Counted from the first letter of the stretch, positions 39,186 through 49,359 are shown. The stretch: 64,000 bases of DNA from Minisyncoccota bacterium (GCA_035546615.1 DASZWM010000002.1:32001-96000), one strand, 5' to 3'. The notes: a model not told the origin generated them from the sequence alone. Program-made: numbers and translations.

Positions 39186-40859
39186 ATGCCGTATTCGACT
39201 GATATGTCAGTGTATTTAGATTTGGGCGGCGCTTTAGCTGCTTTTGGCCTTTTATTTACTGTTTACCAACTTCGGCGACCAAGGTGGGAGGTAATTTTGC
39301 GAATTAGAAATAATTGGCAAAGTGATATTTTCTGGATATTAGGTTTTATAGGTTTGTTTTATGCCCTAGTTGGCGTGCTTGTATCTGAACTCCCAATTAA
39401 TTCTTTCAACTTTCCGTTTAATACCCCATTACTTTACGAGGTGGCAGCGTACCTATCGTTTGTAGCTTCACCTCTGTCATTAATATATTTTGCGACCAAT
39501 GACAAAAAGTTATTTAACGCAAAAACTGCAGAAACTTTCTACGAAGTAATCTTGCAAGAAATTTCTAAATCTAGTGATGTAAACCTAGATGCGGCATTGG
39601 AAATAGTCTTGAGAAACTTTAATGAAATTTGTGATGCAACTCTTCAAAATACAGATAAAGATTTGCGCTCATACGCAAGGTCAATTTTAGACGTTGTACT
39701 AAGTGACGAGTCTGTAGTAAAAGTGCTCACTACCAAGAGGCTTGATGCTTTGCAATATATCTTTTATTTAATAAAGGAAAAGAATATCACTCGTGCTCAT
39801 TCGGGGATAGGTATACCGAGAATTGTAAATAATCTTTTCTTTGACGAAAATTCCTTCCTCTATAAACAACTCGATAGAAAAGGGTTGGCACTTTCATCAA
39901 ATATATACACGAGCATTTTTGAATCTCCAGTTATACTCACCAACTTTGATCTGTTTGGGTACCCGACTATCGGTTATGGAATGAGTAGAGATACTGGCAA
40001 TGCTGGTATAAGAGTATTTATCAAAGCCTTATCTCTAAGCATTGAAACTTACTTTAAAACAGGGAGCGTGCCTCCGAGGCACATTAATAATGGGTTGTCT
40101 TACTTAAGCAATATATTTGGAGGGTTGTGTGCAAAAATTGCCATCAAAGAAAATAAAGGTGTTGATACTAAATCTAGTTTAGAAGATGAGTGGTGGGGCT
40201 TACATCAAATAGCCTCCTTTTTAGGACATGATTATATTTTTCTTGCCTATGAAGAAAAACTAAATCAGCAAGTTCTGGAAAACGAAAAAACTGCCCATGA
40301 GGCTCGATTTGGCTCAAATGCAACTATAAATGAGGGTATTGCAGCTGTTATCTATAAAGCTTTTGAGCAGCTTTCACAAATTAAAAAAACCACAGACATA
40401 TATCATACAGTTCTGGAGCTCTTGCATGGAATGATGAATGAGCCTACCTACAAGGAAGGTTATAGACCGCCTTTTGAAAAGAGACTCTGGCAACAAATCG
40501 GTGCAAATGTTGCTAAACGTTATTATCCTGCCGTCGTTAGAACGTATTTAACCTTTGTTGGGTTCTGTCTTGGCGCAGATGCAAACCAACGACAAGGTTG
40601 GATTGGCGAACAAGCGGAACGTATGAGACGACTTTTGTATATTGACCTTAAGCCTTTATTTGATAAGAATGAAAAAATGATAAATAAGGAATTTATGAAA
40701 GACGTTTTGCTCCCAGATTCCATGTCCTATAAAGATGGTAAATTTACTTATACCTCTGGATTCGGAGAAGGTACAACCACTGAAGTAGCACCACCCCCTG
40801 AGGGTGCGACATCAGGTTTGGAAGGAATAGATTTAGAGAGTATGCCTCACTTCGTCTAG
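39186..40859 (+). CDS. hypothetical membrane protein (AT-rich island gene 1; 557 aa)
   Basis: Three N-terminal TM helices and a large soluble domain with no recognizable family. Codon usage and GC clearly differ from the flanks. Confidence 0.5.
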   Translation: MPYSTDMSVYLDLGGALAAFGLLFTVYQLRRPRWEVILRIRNNWQSDIFWILGFIGLFYALVGVLVSELPINSFNFPFNTPLLYEVAAYLSFVASPLSLIYFATNDKKLFNAKTAETFYEVILQEISKSSDVNLDAALEIVLRNFNEICDATLQNTDKDLRSYARSILDVVLSDESVVKVLTTKRLDALQYIFYLIKEKNITRAHSGIGIPRIVNNLFFDENSFLYKQLDRKGLALSSNIYTSIFESPVILTNFDLFGYPTIGYGMSRDTGNAGIRVFIKALSLSIETYFKTGSVPPRHINNGLSYLSNIFGGLCAKIAIKENKGVDTKSSLEDEWWGLHQIASFLGHDYIFLAYEEKLNQQVLENEKTAHEARFGSNATINEGIAAVIYKAFEQLSQIKKTTDIYHTVLELLHGMMNEPTYKEGYRPPFEKRLWQQIGANVAKRYYPAVVRTYLTFVGFCLGADANQRQGWIGEQAERMRRLLYIDLKPLFDKNEKMINKEFMKDVLLPDSMSYKDGKFTYTSGFGEGTTTEVAPPPEGATSGLEGIDLESMPHFV

Positions 40860-40861
40860 AT

Positions 40862-41419
40862 ATGAATCCAAACATTTGGTTTTACACTTTTAGTACAGCA
40901 GCCCAAGTAATGGCGGCTTTGGCCGGTTTATTTGCAGTATTTGTTGTATATAAGATTCAAGATTTTAGTCAGCTTATAAAAGACGCCCGCTCTAGTCTGT
41001 CCCGGTTGATTCCATACAATTCAGCGAATACGGGCGGAGATACAATCTCTAAGCAGGAAGTATTAGATATGACTGATAGAGAATTGGTTACTACGCTTGC
41101 CGAGTTGTTAGTACTTGAGACATCTCAGAATGGAGCGTTCTTTAGCGGACATTCAGAAACTATAGATGGCACAACGATAGCTGTAAACTCGAATACCTAC
41201 GACTATTTCGCAGCCCTTGTTGATAAAAAGGAAAGAATACTAAAACGTCTGATTTTTGTCTTGGGTTTAAGTTTAGGAACTATTTGTGTTTGTCTAGTAT
41301 CATTGGTGCTAATTGACGTGTTATCAAAGTTTGAGTGGTTTATTTGGATGTGTTTGGCTTTATTTATATACACCCTTTGGACAATCGGAATGGATATTTA
41401 CAAGATAACCCTAGAGTAA
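40862..41419 (+). CDS. hypothetical membrane protein (island gene 2)
   Basis: One N-terminal and two C-terminal TM helices; starts 3 nt after gene 1. Confidence 0.45.
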   Translation: MNPNIWFYTFSTAAQVMAALAGLFAVFVVYKIQDFSQLIKDARSSLSRLIPYNSANTGGDTISKQEVLDMTDRELVTTLAELLVLETSQNGAFFSGHSETIDGTTIAVNSNTYDYFAALVDKKERILKRLIFVLGLSLGTICVCLVSLVLIDVLSKFEWFIWMCLALFIYTLWTIGMDIYKITLE

Positions 41420-41428
41420 TCTTTCTCT

Positions 41429-41752
41429 ATGAAAGGAATAATTATCGAAAATAGTCTCAAAGACAAAAGTATTATCACCGAAGCTGAAATTATTCGAACT
41501 TGGGAAGATGGAAGTTGGAAGTTGCGGGAGGTAAAAGTTTCAACAGAATGGGCTGAAAAATTTGGAGGATACTTAAATGATGGACCCTGGTATGTTCACT
41601 TTTGGGAATCCGACAGCGACGATGTACTAGTAGTATTTAAAGACAAAAGCTTCTGGATCAAACATTCGGACAAGAATACTTGGCAAGATGCTATTGCTCA
41701 TGGAAAGTCGTTACATATACCCGTGGAGCAATTAGACTTTCCTATTGATTGA
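41429..41752 (+). CDS. hypothetical soluble protein (island gene 3, 107 aa)
   Basis: ORF only; AT-rich. Confidence 0.4.
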   Translation: MKGIIIENSLKDKSIITEAEIIRTWEDGSWKLREVKVSTEWAEKFGGYLNDGPWYVHFWESDSDDVLVVFKDKSFWIKHSDKNTWQDAIAHGKSLHIPVEQLDFPID

Positions 41753-41790
41753 GATTTCGATTTCTCCCTTTTATATTATATAATCAAGAT

Positions 41791-42174
41791 ATGAAGTATT
41801 TGCTAATCACGGCTTTATTTTTGGTTGTCTTTGTGTTTGCTACTCCAGCAAAGGCCGCACCATTAACCCAATCCCAAGTAAATGCAATAATTACTATTAT
41901 GCAGTCTTTCGGTGTAGATAGTGCTACGATTTTAAATATCAAAACAACACTCTCTAATTCGACTTCCGCTAAGGTAGAATCCGTCGTCAAAACTACTTTT
42001 AAAGGAGTTCCTACCTACGCACAAGTGAAAAGAGAGTTAGCAAAATCACGCAATAAGGAGGTGACTTATATGGAGAATGGATGTGTATACTCAATAAACC
42101 ATTTAGTGAGTGAACATATTTTCAAAACACGCGATATGAGTATTCGCGATCTTGCATCTGGAGCAAGTTGTTAG
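41791..42174 (+). CDS. hypothetical secreted protein (island gene 4)
   Basis: Signal peptide MKYLLITALFLVVFVFATPAKA. The track start at 41749 would overlap gene 3. Confidence 0.4.
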   Translation: MKYLLITALFLVVFVFATPAKAAPLTQSQVNAIITIMQSFGVDSATILNIKTTLSNSTSAKVESVVKTTFKGVPTYAQVKRELAKSRNKEVTYMENGCVYSINHLVSEHIFKTRDMSIRDLASGASC

Positions 42175-42217
42175 TGCTCCTTGGTGTATAAAGTTTAAAA
42201 ATATAGTTAATCTTCTC

Positions 42218-42700
42218 TTACCCCCGTCGCGCCGCATCAATAGCGGCAACGTCGAGCTTTTTCATCGTCATCATCGCGTCAAACGCGCGTTTTGCCTCAT
42301 CGCCGCCCTTGGCAAGTGCTTCGGTCAGCGTGCGCGGCGTTATTTGCCACGATACTCCCCAGCGGTCCTTGCACCAGCCGCACTCGCTCTCCTGGCCGCC
42401 GTTTCCGACGATGGCATTCCAGTAGCGGTCCGTCTCTTCCTGATCGTCCGTCGCTATCTGGAAGGAAAACGCCTCGCTTTGCTTGAAATACGAGCCGCCG
42501 TTAATGCCCATGCAAGGAATCCCGCAGACCGTGAACTCTACCGAGAGCACGTCGCCTTTCTTGCCCGACGGGAAATCGGCAGGCGCATGGAAGACGCCCG
42601 TTACCTTGCTGTCGGGGAACGTAGCGGCATAGAAATTCGCCGCCCCTTCCGCATCCTTATCAAACCAGAGGCAAATAGTGTTTTTTGGTATCATATACAT
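42218..42700 (-). CDS. VOC superfamily protein (PhnB-like, 3-demethylubiquinone-9 3-methyltransferase domain)
   Basis: CLWFDKDAE...NGG...SFQI...DQEETDRYW...CGWCKDRWGVSWQI pattern. Confidence 0.6.
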   Translation of the reverse strand: MYMIPKNTICLWFDKDAEGAANFYAATFPDSKVTGVFHAPADFPSGKKGDVLSVEFTVCGIPCMGINGGSYFKQSEAFSFQIATDDQEETDRYWNAIVGNGGQESECGWCKDRWGVSWQITPRTLTEALAKGGDEAKRAFDAMMTMKKLDVAAIDAARRG

Positions 42701-42800
42701 ATATTTTATAGCACCTCAGGATAATCTACAAAATAAGCGGAGGCTCCGGAAAAGGCCCGACATCGTCCCAGAGGATCCATCCTTTGCTATACTGGCCACT

Positions 42801-43154
42801 ATGAAGGCTTTGATAAGACGCCTCTCACACCCGTTTCGCGGGCTTAAGTACGCCCTTATGCACGATTTCGCCGTACGCTTCGAAGTATTTGTCTTCGGGG
42901 GAATCGGCCTGCCGGCTGCGTACTTCTTTTTCGGGCCGTTTTCAGCGCGCGAAATGCTGCTGCTCATATTCTGCTGGTTTTTTGTGGTAGTGGCGGAACT
43001 GCAGAATTCGGCTATCGAAGTTGCCCTCGACAAGATTCATCCCGAACGCCATGAGGCGATTGGCCGTAGCAAAGACCTGGCTGCAGCGGCCGTGGTGTGG
43101 GCGTCGTTTTTCGGCATTATAAGTTTTATTTTTGTAGTGACCGGATTGATCTAA
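42801..43154 (+). CDS. dgkA: diacylglycerol kinase (prokaryotic DgkA family)
   Basis: ELQNSAIE...DKIHPE...GRSKDLAAAAV motifs; three TM helices. Confidence 0.6.
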   Translation: MKALIRRLSHPFRGLKYALMHDFAVRFEVFVFGGIGLPAAYFFFGPFSAREMLLLIFCWFFVVVAELQNSAIEVALDKIHPERHEAIGRSKDLAAAAVVWASFFGIISFIFVVTGLI

Positions 43155-43160
43155 AGGAGT

Positions 43161-43412
43161 ATGACTACCCAAAAAATCGCCGGAGGCGTGGTTCACACCA
43201 TGCCGGACGACTTGCGAAAGGCGATTGCCTCGGTGCCTGCGGCGCTGGCCGTGTGGGAGGACGTCACGCCGCTGGCGCGCAACGAGTGGATCTGCTGGGT
43301 CATCTCCGGCAAAAAAACGGAGACGAGAAGCATTCGCATCAAGAAGGCGATATCGAAGATGAAGAGCGGCATGCGCAGGCCTTGCTGCTGGGCGGGCTGT
43401 CCGCATCGGTAA
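43161..43412 (+). CDS. YdeI/OmpD-associated family protein
   Basis: DLRKAIASVPAALAVWEDVTPLARNEWICWVISGKKTETRSIRIKKAI matches the family pattern. Confidence 0.5.
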   Translation: MTTQKIAGGVVHTMPDDLRKAIASVPAALAVWEDVTPLARNEWICWVISGKKTETRSIRIKKAISKMKSGMRRPCCWAGCPHR

Positions 43413-43513
43413 AATCTGCGCGAGGATATACACGCTCGGAAGGTATCTATAGACATTTTATAAATTCCATTGTAGAGTACTCCCTGGATTGAAATACAAG
43501 ATGGGAGCGAAGG

Positions 43514-44263
43514 ATGTATCTACCGACACAACCGGTTTTGGCTTCTCGCGTGATTAGGGGAATGGGCGGCGTGGGCAACTACGAGCTCTACCCCAGCAAC
43601 GGCTCATACCTGCGTACGCCGGAGGGGAAGATGCTCCGCAAGGCGCCTCTCAAAAAGTGGCTCGCCTATATGTTCGAGACCGACAGCGGAATATACCGCG
43701 GAGCGATAACGGATACGATCCTTGTCGAGCGCATCATGGAGTACATGGCGCGCTATCATGGCAAGCATTTCACGAACTGCTCCGCGCTCGCGCACTTTCT
43801 GACCACCGGCGAGTTCGTCGAATGCTCGGAAGATCGAGGCCTGCTGGTTGCCGAACAGGGCATGCGCCTCTATACAGGCCAGACGGTCGGCGTAGGAGAC
43901 ATGCTGTGCATCTTCTATGCGAATGAGCGCCGCTTACGGTCCCGCAAGGAGCCGTGGCGCAGGCTCTACTTGAATTCGCAAAAGGGCCGGCATGAAGACG
44001 GGCGGTTCAGTCACGGATGCGTGCCGGCGCAGAAAGTCTTCACTGCGCAGGACCTGCACAAAATCCAAAAGGACTATCGCGTCGACGACTATCACTTTCT
44101 CGTGTGCGTCGCGAAGCATAACGGCGAGCCCGTTTGGATCGCGCAGTGGGGCTATTCTCGCCCTAATGAGGCGCCCGCCTCGCTGGTGCTTACGGTGGGA
44201 GAGCATGACGGCTACCATATCCGTACGCCATTCCTAGTGTTCATCAAGAAACGCAGGAACTGA
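43514..44263 (+). CDS. hypothetical protein (249 aa)
   Basis: ORF only. Confidence 0.35.
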   Translation: MYLPTQPVLASRVIRGMGGVGNYELYPSNGSYLRTPEGKMLRKAPLKKWLAYMFETDSGIYRGAITDTILVERIMEYMARYHGKHFTNCSALAHFLTTGEFVECSEDRGLLVAEQGMRLYTGQTVGVGDMLCIFYANERRLRSRKEPWRRLYLNSQKGRHEDGRFSHGCVPAQKVFTAQDLHKIQKDYRVDDYHFLVCVAKHNGEPVWIAQWGYSRPNEAPASLVLTVGEHDGYHIRTPFLVFIKKRRN

Positions 44264-44317
44264 AGATCTTGAAGCGTTGGCGGCCGCGCAAGCGGCTGCC
44301 ATTTCTTTTTTACGTAC

Positions 44318-44824
44318 TTACTTAGCCAGTTGTTTGTATTCCCGAAAGAGCAGTGTACACGCCGCGGCCACGCCCGCAAAAATAGCCGCCGTGCCGGTTG
44401 CATACAGCGTGCCGGCTACTTGCGGCGTCCAGTACAAAAAGTTAGTCGTGCTCAGCAGGTAGTGCCAGTCGTGCATCACGCCATCGCCGCCCAGAAGCGG
44501 CAGCTGCATGGCAAGGGCATCGCCGGCGTATATGGAGACGTTCACCAAGCTTTGACCCGCCCACATGAGGCACACGGCCGCGGAGAGCTTTTGGCCGGTG
44601 TAGAAAAAATATCCGGCTAGGAACGCGGGGAGGGCAACCTGAAAACCGGAACCCATCAGGACATGGATGAACTGCCCGAAGAATATGAATATAGCGTGGC
44701 CGGCCTCGTGGAAGATAAGGTTGGCGCCGTCGATAAAGTGCCATTGCGCGGGCGTTGCGGCGCAGCGCAGAAAATATATGCTTGCGAGCGCGACTCCGGC
44801 CGCCCGGGCGTACCAGGAATTCAT
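44318..44824 (-). CDS. membrane protein with HEXXH motif (putative intramembrane zinc metalloprotease-like)
   Basis: FHEAGHAIF sits in a TM segment; four predicted TMs. Confidence 0.35.
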   Translation of the reverse strand: MNSWYARAAGVALASIYFLRCAATPAQWHFIDGANLIFHEAGHAIFIFFGQFIHVLMGSGFQVALPAFLAGYFFYTGQKLSAAVCLMWAGQSLVNVSIYAGDALAMQLPLLGGDGVMHDWHYLLSTTNFLYWTPQVAGTLYATGTAAIFAGVAAACTLLFREYKQLAK

Positions 44825-44914
44825 GCTGGTAGTATACTTCCTCTAAAAAACGTACGAAAAAGCGCCGCTTACTGAGAAGGTGAGCGGCGCTTTTTAGCAA
44901 TTCAGAACAAGTGG

Positions 44915-45379
44915 TCAGGCTACTGCGATGGCGAGCGACTGAGGCATGCGGCCTCCTATGCGCACATTCTCACCGCCGGCCGATTGCAGTTTCTCCAGGA
45001 ACGGAAGGTACCAGAGCAGCCACACGACGTCTGCAGGGCTGTCGATGTATCCTTCAAACGCGTCGGCAACCTGTGCAGGTAACGGGGCAGAAGCCGGCAT
45101 CGTACGCAAGCCGTCGGTTCCGGTCCTCACAAACGCGCCGAACTGGCCGATAATAGTCAGTACGAATTCCTCGTCCGGATTCAGGCTGCCACCGGCATAC
45201 CATACGCTTTTCAGCGTTCCGTCGAGGAATAGGCGAGCTATCGCGGCCCGTTTCTGCGAAGGCCAGCCGTGCTTTAGGCCAATCCTTATCAGATGCGCAT
45301 GATACGGCAGCCAAATGGCCAAGAACCAGAAAGCGGCTAAGCCTCCGCAGATCAGCAGGCAAATTTTCCAAAGAGACAT
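44915..45379 (-). CDS. hypothetical membrane-anchored protein
   Basis: N-terminal TM only. Confidence 0.3.
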   Translation of the reverse strand: MSLWKICLLICGGLAAFWFLAIWLPYHAHLIRIGLKHGWPSQKRAAIARLFLDGTLKSVWYAGGSLNPDEEFVLTIIGQFGAFVRTGTDGLRTMPASAPLPAQVADAFEGYIDSPADVVWLLWYLPFLEKLQSAGGENVRIGGRMPQSLAIAVA

Positions 45380-45482
45380 GTCGCGTCCTCCGTGCTATCC
45401 AGGCGCGATTAAACCATACAAATCAGCCTAACAAAAGCAATACCCTCGCTTCTTTCTTTTGCTACAATAGCCCCACTATCCA

Positions 45483-46748
45483 ATGCCCCAAAAAAATTCA
45501 TACGATGTCATAGTGGTGGGCGGCGGGGCCTCGGGCCTTATGGCCGCGGGCCGGGCCGCGGAGCGGGGGTTCAAAGTGCTTTTGTTGGAGAAAAATCGCA
45601 AAGTGGGGGAGAAGCTCAGGATAACCGGCGGGGGGCGGTGCAATATCACGAATGCCGAGGAAGACGCGCAGGCGCTTTTGCGCGCGTACGGCAAGGCGGA
45701 GCAGTTTCTGTACTCGCCGTTCTCGCAATTCGGCGTGAAGGATACGTTCGCGTTTTTCGAATCGCGGGGATTGCCGCTTGTCGTGCAGGCCCGCAAACGC
45801 GCGTTCCCAAAGAGCGAGAAAGCGGCAGATGTCCTCGCGGTGCTCGAGAAATACACGAAAGATGGCGGGGTAATTTTCAAAACTGGTTCTCCGGTGACGG
45901 AAGTGCACGCGGCAGGAGAAGGAATCACGGGTATTTCCTGCGGCAAGGAAACATACGCCGCTTCCAACTATATTTTCGCGACCGGCAGCGTATCGCACCC
46001 GGAGACCGGCTCAAGCGGCGACGGGCTCAAGTGGCTCACTCAGCTTGGGCACACGGTAGAAGAGCCCACTGCGGCAATCGTGCCGCTTGCGGTGAAAGAA
46101 GACTGGAGCAAGGCGCTTGCGGGCACGACTATCTCGGGCATGAAATTGACGTTTTTCGTAGAAGGTAAAAAGGCGTTTTCTGAAACGGGCGGGCTTTTAT
46201 TCACTCACTTCGGCCTTTCAGGGCCGCTTGTCCTCAATAGCGCGCATAAAGTCGCGGACTTGCTTCATGGCGGGGTGGTGACCGCAGCCATAGACCTCTA
46301 CCCGCAGACCGACTTGGGGGCGCTTGAGAAAAAGATACTCGCGGCGTTCGATGCGAACAAGAACAAGGCGCTCAAGAATGTCGTGAAGGAATTCGTACCG
46401 GAAGGAACGCACAAGGGCGTTGCGATGCTCATCGCCGCGCAAACGGATATCGAGAAAAAAGTGCATCTCGTGAGCCGCGCTGAGCGCAAGCAGATGGCGA
46501 GGCTGCTCAAAGCCCTGCCGCTCACTATCGTGGGGCTCATGGGGTTCGATAGGGCGGTCATCGCCGACGGCGGCGTCGTGCTTGAGGAAGTGGACACGCG
46601 CACGATGCGCTCCAAAAAAGTGCCGAACTTGTACGTGACCGGCGATTTGCTGCATATCAACCGGCCTTCAGGCGGCTACAGCCTCCAGCTGTGCTGGTCC
46701 ACCGGCTTCGTGGCAGGGGACCATGTCGGGGAGAAAGAGCCTCTCTGA
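45483..46748 (+). CDS. NAD(P)/FAD-dependent oxidoreductase, HI0933/BaiN family
   Basis: YDVIVVGGGASGLMAAGRAAERG dinucleotide-binding motif; about 420 aa, typical of this family. Confidence 0.8.
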   Translation: MPQKNSYDVIVVGGGASGLMAAGRAAERGFKVLLLEKNRKVGEKLRITGGGRCNITNAEEDAQALLRAYGKAEQFLYSPFSQFGVKDTFAFFESRGLPLVVQARKRAFPKSEKAADVLAVLEKYTKDGGVIFKTGSPVTEVHAAGEGITGISCGKETYAASNYIFATGSVSHPETGSSGDGLKWLTQLGHTVEEPTAAIVPLAVKEDWSKALAGTTISGMKLTFFVEGKKAFSETGGLLFTHFGLSGPLVLNSAHKVADLLHGGVVTAAIDLYPQTDLGALEKKILAAFDANKNKALKNVVKEFVPEGTHKGVAMLIAAQTDIEKKVHLVSRAERKQMARLLKALPLTIVGLMGFDRAVIADGGVVLEEVDTRTMRSKKVPNLYVTGDLLHINRPSGGYSLQLCWSTGFVAGDHVGEKEPL

Positions 46749-46760
46749 TACAATGGATAG

Positions 46761-47636
46761 GTGAAGCATCTTCTTTATATAGGAATATGCGCCGCGGCCT
46801 TCTTCGCCTTTTTTCCTCAGGCCTCTTTTGCCGCCGCAGTTACGGCTCCTTCAATACTCGTTTCTTCAAGCACTCCGCTTCAGGGCGAGCCGGTGCTCGT
46901 GACGTTTGAGGGCGTCACCGCCACATCTTCCATACAAAGCATTTCGTATAACGGCGGCAAGCCGGGCACCTTCTTATACGCGGGCAAGGTCCATGCGCTT
47001 TTGGCTGTCGACCTGCATCAGAAGCCGGGGCCGTATGCTGTCTCGGCGCTTCTGGCCACGGGCAAGAAGCTCGAAAAGATTATTACGGTCATAGAGCGGC
47101 CGCAGGTAAAAGCCCCGCTGGGCATTCCGGAAAAGCTCGGCGGAAATACGGCGGCGAGCCAGGCGACGCTGGTATCCACGCTTGCGAGCGAGAATGCGAG
47201 CCTTGCGAACATTTGGACCGGCACGAAGGCGTTCTGGTCGCAGAACTTCCAGTGGCCGCTTAAAAGTATTACCGTGACCGACCCGTACGGCTACTCGCGG
47301 GAAACCGGCGCGTATTCGATCGCCCATAAGGGCACCGACCTTCGCGCGGCGGAAGGCACGCCCGTTGCGGCGATAAACCGCGGGGTAGTGCGCGTTGTGC
47401 ACGAGTATCGCGACTACGGAAAGACGATAGTGGTCGACCACGGGCTCGGGCTGATGTCCTTTTACATGCATCTCTCAAAAATAAATGTCGTCGCGGGCCA
47501 GCTGGTGCTCCCGGGGCAGATAATGGGCTTGAGCGGCCATACCGGCTATGCCGACCAGCCGCACCTTCATCTCACCATCCGAATTAACGGAATCTCCATA
47601 GACCCGGTGCTGTTCTTCAAGCTCTTTAATTTATAG
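46761..47636 (+). CDS. M23 family metallopeptidase
   Basis: HKGTDL...HTGYADQPHLHLTI signature (HxxxD...HxH). Confidence 0.75.
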   Translation: MKHLLYIGICAAAFFAFFPQASFAAAVTAPSILVSSSTPLQGEPVLVTFEGVTATSSIQSISYNGGKPGTFLYAGKVHALLAVDLHQKPGPYAVSALLATGKKLEKIITVIERPQVKAPLGIPEKLGGNTAASQATLVSTLASENASLANIWTGTKAFWSQNFQWPLKSITVTDPYGYSRETGAYSIAHKGTDLRAAEGTPVAAINRGVVRVVHEYRDYGKTIVVDHGLGLMSFYMHLSKINVVAGQLVLPGQIMGLSGHTGYADQPHLHLTIRINGISIDPVLFFKLFNL

Positions 47637-47651
47637 TGGTACGCTAAGGGT

Positions 47652-48350
47652 ATGAAAAAACTAATAGGCCTGCTGTTCGTCGCTGGGGCCGTGGCGGTGA
47701 ATATTCCGTACGCGCTCCTTATCTCCAATTTCAATTATCCGGATATCCTGCGCGAGCCGGCGGGGACGGTGCTGACGCAGTTCGCGGCGGGAGGCGATAC
47801 TCTTATATACACCTGGCTTTTCTTCGCGCTCTCGGGCCTGCCGCTCTTGTTCGCTACGATCCTGCTCGGCCGGCTGTGGAACGACGCGTCGAAGGCGCTG
47901 GTCGGCCTCGCGACGACCTTCGGGGTTATCGCGCTCACAGCCCAGCTTATCGGCCTGCTTAGGTGGGTGTTCGTCGTTCCGATGCTGGCGCGAGAGTACG
48001 CCGCGGCAGGCTCGTCGGACGCGCTCAAAGAGGCTTCGGTCGTCGCGTTCCAGACGGTGAACCAGTTCGGCGGCGTGCTCCTGGGCGAATACGTCGGCCA
48101 GCTCTTCAGCATCATCTCGATGCTCCTGTTCAGCATCGTTATCTTCCGGGAGAGGCTTCTGAGCCGGGCGGTGGCATGGCTCGGATTCGCGGCGTCGGCG
48201 GTGTACTTGCTGGCCCAGGGTGAGCTCTTCCATACGGTCGTTCCGGCGTTCCCGGTACTTGATATAGCCGGCCTTTTGGGCAGCATGCTGTGGATACTCT
48301 GGCTTATCGCGCTCGGCGCTTTCCTCATTCTCCGCAAGGACCGTTCCTAA
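47652..48350 (+). CDS. DUF4386-like polytopic membrane protein
   Basis: Six predicted TM helices; no catalytic motif. Confidence 0.35.
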   Translation: MKKLIGLLFVAGAVAVNIPYALLISNFNYPDILREPAGTVLTQFAAGGDTLIYTWLFFALSGLPLLFATILLGRLWNDASKALVGLATTFGVIALTAQLIGLLRWVFVVPMLAREYAAAGSSDALKEASVVAFQTVNQFGGVLLGEYVGQLFSIISMLLFSIVIFRERLLSRAVAWLGFAASAVYLLAQGELFHTVVPAFPVLDIAGLLGSMLWILWLIALGAFLILRKDRS

Positions 48351-48453
48351 TAAACGGCTTAGATACAGGCTTATTCGGGCACTATTGCCCGTACCCCGCC
48401 TGTGCTTTAATAGATAGGTTAGAGGGGCACCCGATTAGCCGTAATAATTTTCC

Positions 48454-49359
48454 ATGAAAAAATCACTCATTGCAGTTATTGTCATTATCCTCGTCATTAT
48501 TCTCGGCGCCGGGGTCTACTTTTGGATGCAGCAATCCTCCAACACCGCAAACGTAACTCCGCCTGATACGACCGGCACTACGCCGGACACTACGCAAGCG
48601 ACCACGACCGCGGAGGGAGCGTCGGTGGTCATCGGCAAGTCGGCCGGAGGCAACGACATCACCGCGTACAACTACGGCACCGGCGATACCCGCATCCTCT
48701 TCGTCGGGGGCATACACGGCGGCTACGAGTGGAACACCTCGCTCGTCGCGTACCAGCTCATGGATTATCTCGAAGCGCATCCGGACGCGATTGCAAAGAA
48801 CGAAACCGTTACCGTCATCCCCGTGGTCAATCCGGACGGCCTTAAGAAGGTAGTCGGCACCGCAGGGCCGTTTACCGCGGCGGACGTTACCGTCTCCTCG
48901 GCCGCGACCGTGCCGGGCCGCTTTAACGCCAACACCGTGGATCTTAACCGCAACTTCGACTGCGACTGGCAGGCGGAGGGCACGTGGCAGAATACGAAGG
49001 TCAGCGGCGGCACTTCCGCCTTCTCCGAGCCGGAATCGCAGGCCATCAAGGCATACGTCGAGTCGCATGATCCGGCGGCCGTCATAGTCTGGTACTCTTC
49101 GGCGGGCGGCGTATATGCCTCGAGCTGCCACAACGGCGTTTCCGCCGCCACGGCCGCGCTCACAAAGACATTCGCCGACGCCTCCGGCTATCCGGCGCAC
49201 CAGACCTTCGACTTCTACGAGATAACCGGCGACATGGTCAACTGGCTCGCCAAGAACCAGATCCCGGCCATCAGCGTATTGCTCACCAACCACACCGACA
49301 CCGAGTGGACTAAGAACTGGAAGGGCATCGCGGCGGTCCTCAACGCCTACGCCGAGTAA
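48454..49359 (+). CDS. M14 family zinc carboxypeptidase-like protein
   Basis: GGIHGGYEW...VDLNRNFDC...SEPESQA motifs. Confidence 0.6.
   Translation: MKKSLIAVIVIILVIILGAGVYFWMQQSSNTANVTPPDTTGTTPDTTQATTTAEGASVVIGKSAGGNDITAYNYGTGDTRILFVGGIHGGYEWNTSLVAYQLMDYLEAHPDAIAKNETVTVIPVVNPDGLKKVVGTAGPFTAADVTVSSAATVPGRFNANTVDLNRNFDCDWQAEGTWQNTKVSGGTSAFSEPESQAIKAYVESHDPAAVIVWYSSAGGVYASSCHNGVSAATAALTKTFADASGYPAHQTFDFYEITGDMVNWLAKNQIPAISVLLTNHTDTEWTKNWKGIAAVLNAYAE

Noticed and set aside
39105-42215. Island genes as a known defence system (Zorya, Kiwa and similar)
   Set aside because: Gene sizes and topologies do not fit ZorAB (MotAB-like) or KwaAB. No nuclease, ATPase, Sir2 or TIR motifs were recognized, so I leave it as an uncharacterized cassette.
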